Assembly (NCBI GenBank): GCA_963740565.1
Contig: CAVUFA010000003.1
Location: forward strand, 48,137 to 112,136
Origin: an uncultured Gemmatimonadaceae bacterium
Lineage (GTDB): Bacteria > Gemmatimonadota > Gemmatimonadetes > Gemmatimonadales > Gemmatimonadaceae
Length of the DNA: 64,000 nt
Direction: 5' to 3'
A model generated the notes under the pieces. It was not told where the DNA came from. It did no database searches and saw only the letters and a program-made list of their open reading frames with translations. Positions 63,565-64,000 of this stretch are shown here, piece after piece; the first letter of the stretch is position 1; each line of letters opens with the position of its first letter. Both the position numbers and the translations under genes were made by a program.

Positions 63565-64000
63565 ATGCGACCCTCCGCTTGTCTCTTCCCGGGAATGCTC
63601 CTCCGGCCACTGGCCACGCTGGCCCTGCTCCTCCCAACCGGGCTTCTGGCCCAGGGGCAGATCATCCCGCGTCCGTGCACGACTCCGCCCCAGCCCTCTC
63701 CGGCCTGCCGCGACGGGCGGTGCATCGACGTCGCCGTTCTCCCGTGTCCCACCGGGAATCCCATCGTCCGCACATCGAGCACCGTACACGTGGACCTCGT
63801 CAACCGGGTGCTGCGGTACGAGATCAGCGAGACCTTCGTGAATCGCGGCGCCGGTCTTGGCGAAGCGGACTACATCTTTCCGCTCCCTGCCGGGGCCGCG
63901 TTCGAGGATCTGAAGCTGTCGATCAACGGGGAGCTGGTGTCGGGCGAGACGATGAGCGCCGGCGACGCGCGGCGCATCTACGAGGAGATCGTCCGCAAGC
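63565..64000 (+). CDS. VIT-domain (vault/inter-alpha-trypsin) protein, N-terminal part (runs off the right edge)
   Basis: Not in the ORF track because it is open at the edge. ATG at 63565 gives MRPSACLFPGMLLRPLATLALLLPTGLLAQG (signal peptide). Then VHVDLVNRVLRYEISETFVNRGAGLGEADYIFPLPAGAAFEDLKLSINGELVSGETMSAGDARRIYEEIV, the usual VIT pattern. Confidence 0.7.
   Translation, partial: MRPSACLFPGMLLRPLATLALLLPTGLLAQGQIIPRPCTTPPQPSPACRDGRCIDVAVLPCPTGNPIVRTSSTVHVDLVNRVLRYEISETFVNRGAGLGEADYIFPLPAGAAFEDLKLSINGELVSGETMSAGDARRIYEEIVRK

Noticed and set aside
1-64000. tRNA, rRNA, tmRNA, RNase P or SRP RNA genes.
   Set aside because: I looked for T-loop (GGTTCGAATCC-like), RNase P (GAGGAAAGTCC) and SRP (GGAAGCAGCC) cores in the intergenic regions, especially 10500-11000, 38930-39300 and 58750-59180. 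I did not find them. A covariance-model scan would be needed for certainty.

Overview
This is a high-GC Gram-negative bacterial chromosome segment. The gene content looks Gemmatimonadota-like (CarboxypepD_reg-type TonB receptors, an ADOP/FtsX permease fragment, a Ser/Thr kinase with a PD40 propeller); that taxonomic call is inference only. All calls come from reading the sequence and the ORF track by hand, with no database search.

Layout:
- 0-17 kb, housekeeping and outer-membrane genes: a SusC/SusD pair, a GntR regulator, an M14 peptidase, an ATP-grasp plus LLM oxidoreductase operon behind a structured leader, an Omp85 protein, and an ECF sigma / FecR / STN-TonB receptor signalling unit.
- 17.3-25.7 kb: a complete V/A-type ATPase operon (G-like, I, K, E, C, F, A, B, D). 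The six long genes are broken by roughly twenty frame changes. The short K and F genes are intact, and the other long genes in the window are unbroken.
- 26.7-33.3 kb and 39.3-43.4 kb: gene-fragment zones. They hold a group II intron maturase remnant and fragments of CHAT, M61, BNR, FtsX, IS630, BTAD, DUF4143 and kinase genes. Toxin-antitoxin-like pairs are interspersed. A nine-haem HAO-like cytochrome gene (35830-37536) lies between the two zones.
- about 46.2-59 kb: a visibly lower-GC island, all on the minus strand, and the most interesting part of the window. A SauUSI-like PLD-nuclease / SF2-helicase / DUF3427 protein carries an unusual N-terminal HIT domain. It is start/stop-coupled to a SprT-like metalloprotease and a NUDIX hydrolase. 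A Dam-type methylase, a ParB-like protein, an unassigned 287-aa protein and a decayed WYL regulator precede that trio. The 3' kilobase of the big gene is duplicated about 4 kb downstream. The two copies bracket an AbiEi/AbiEii pair and an MGMT-like/RNase-H-like pair.
- 59-64 kb: SIMPL, PAS-GGDEF, an IS5 element with a CTAG target duplication, DUF4399, and the start of a VIT-domain gene.

No rRNA, tRNA or CRISPR array was recognised.
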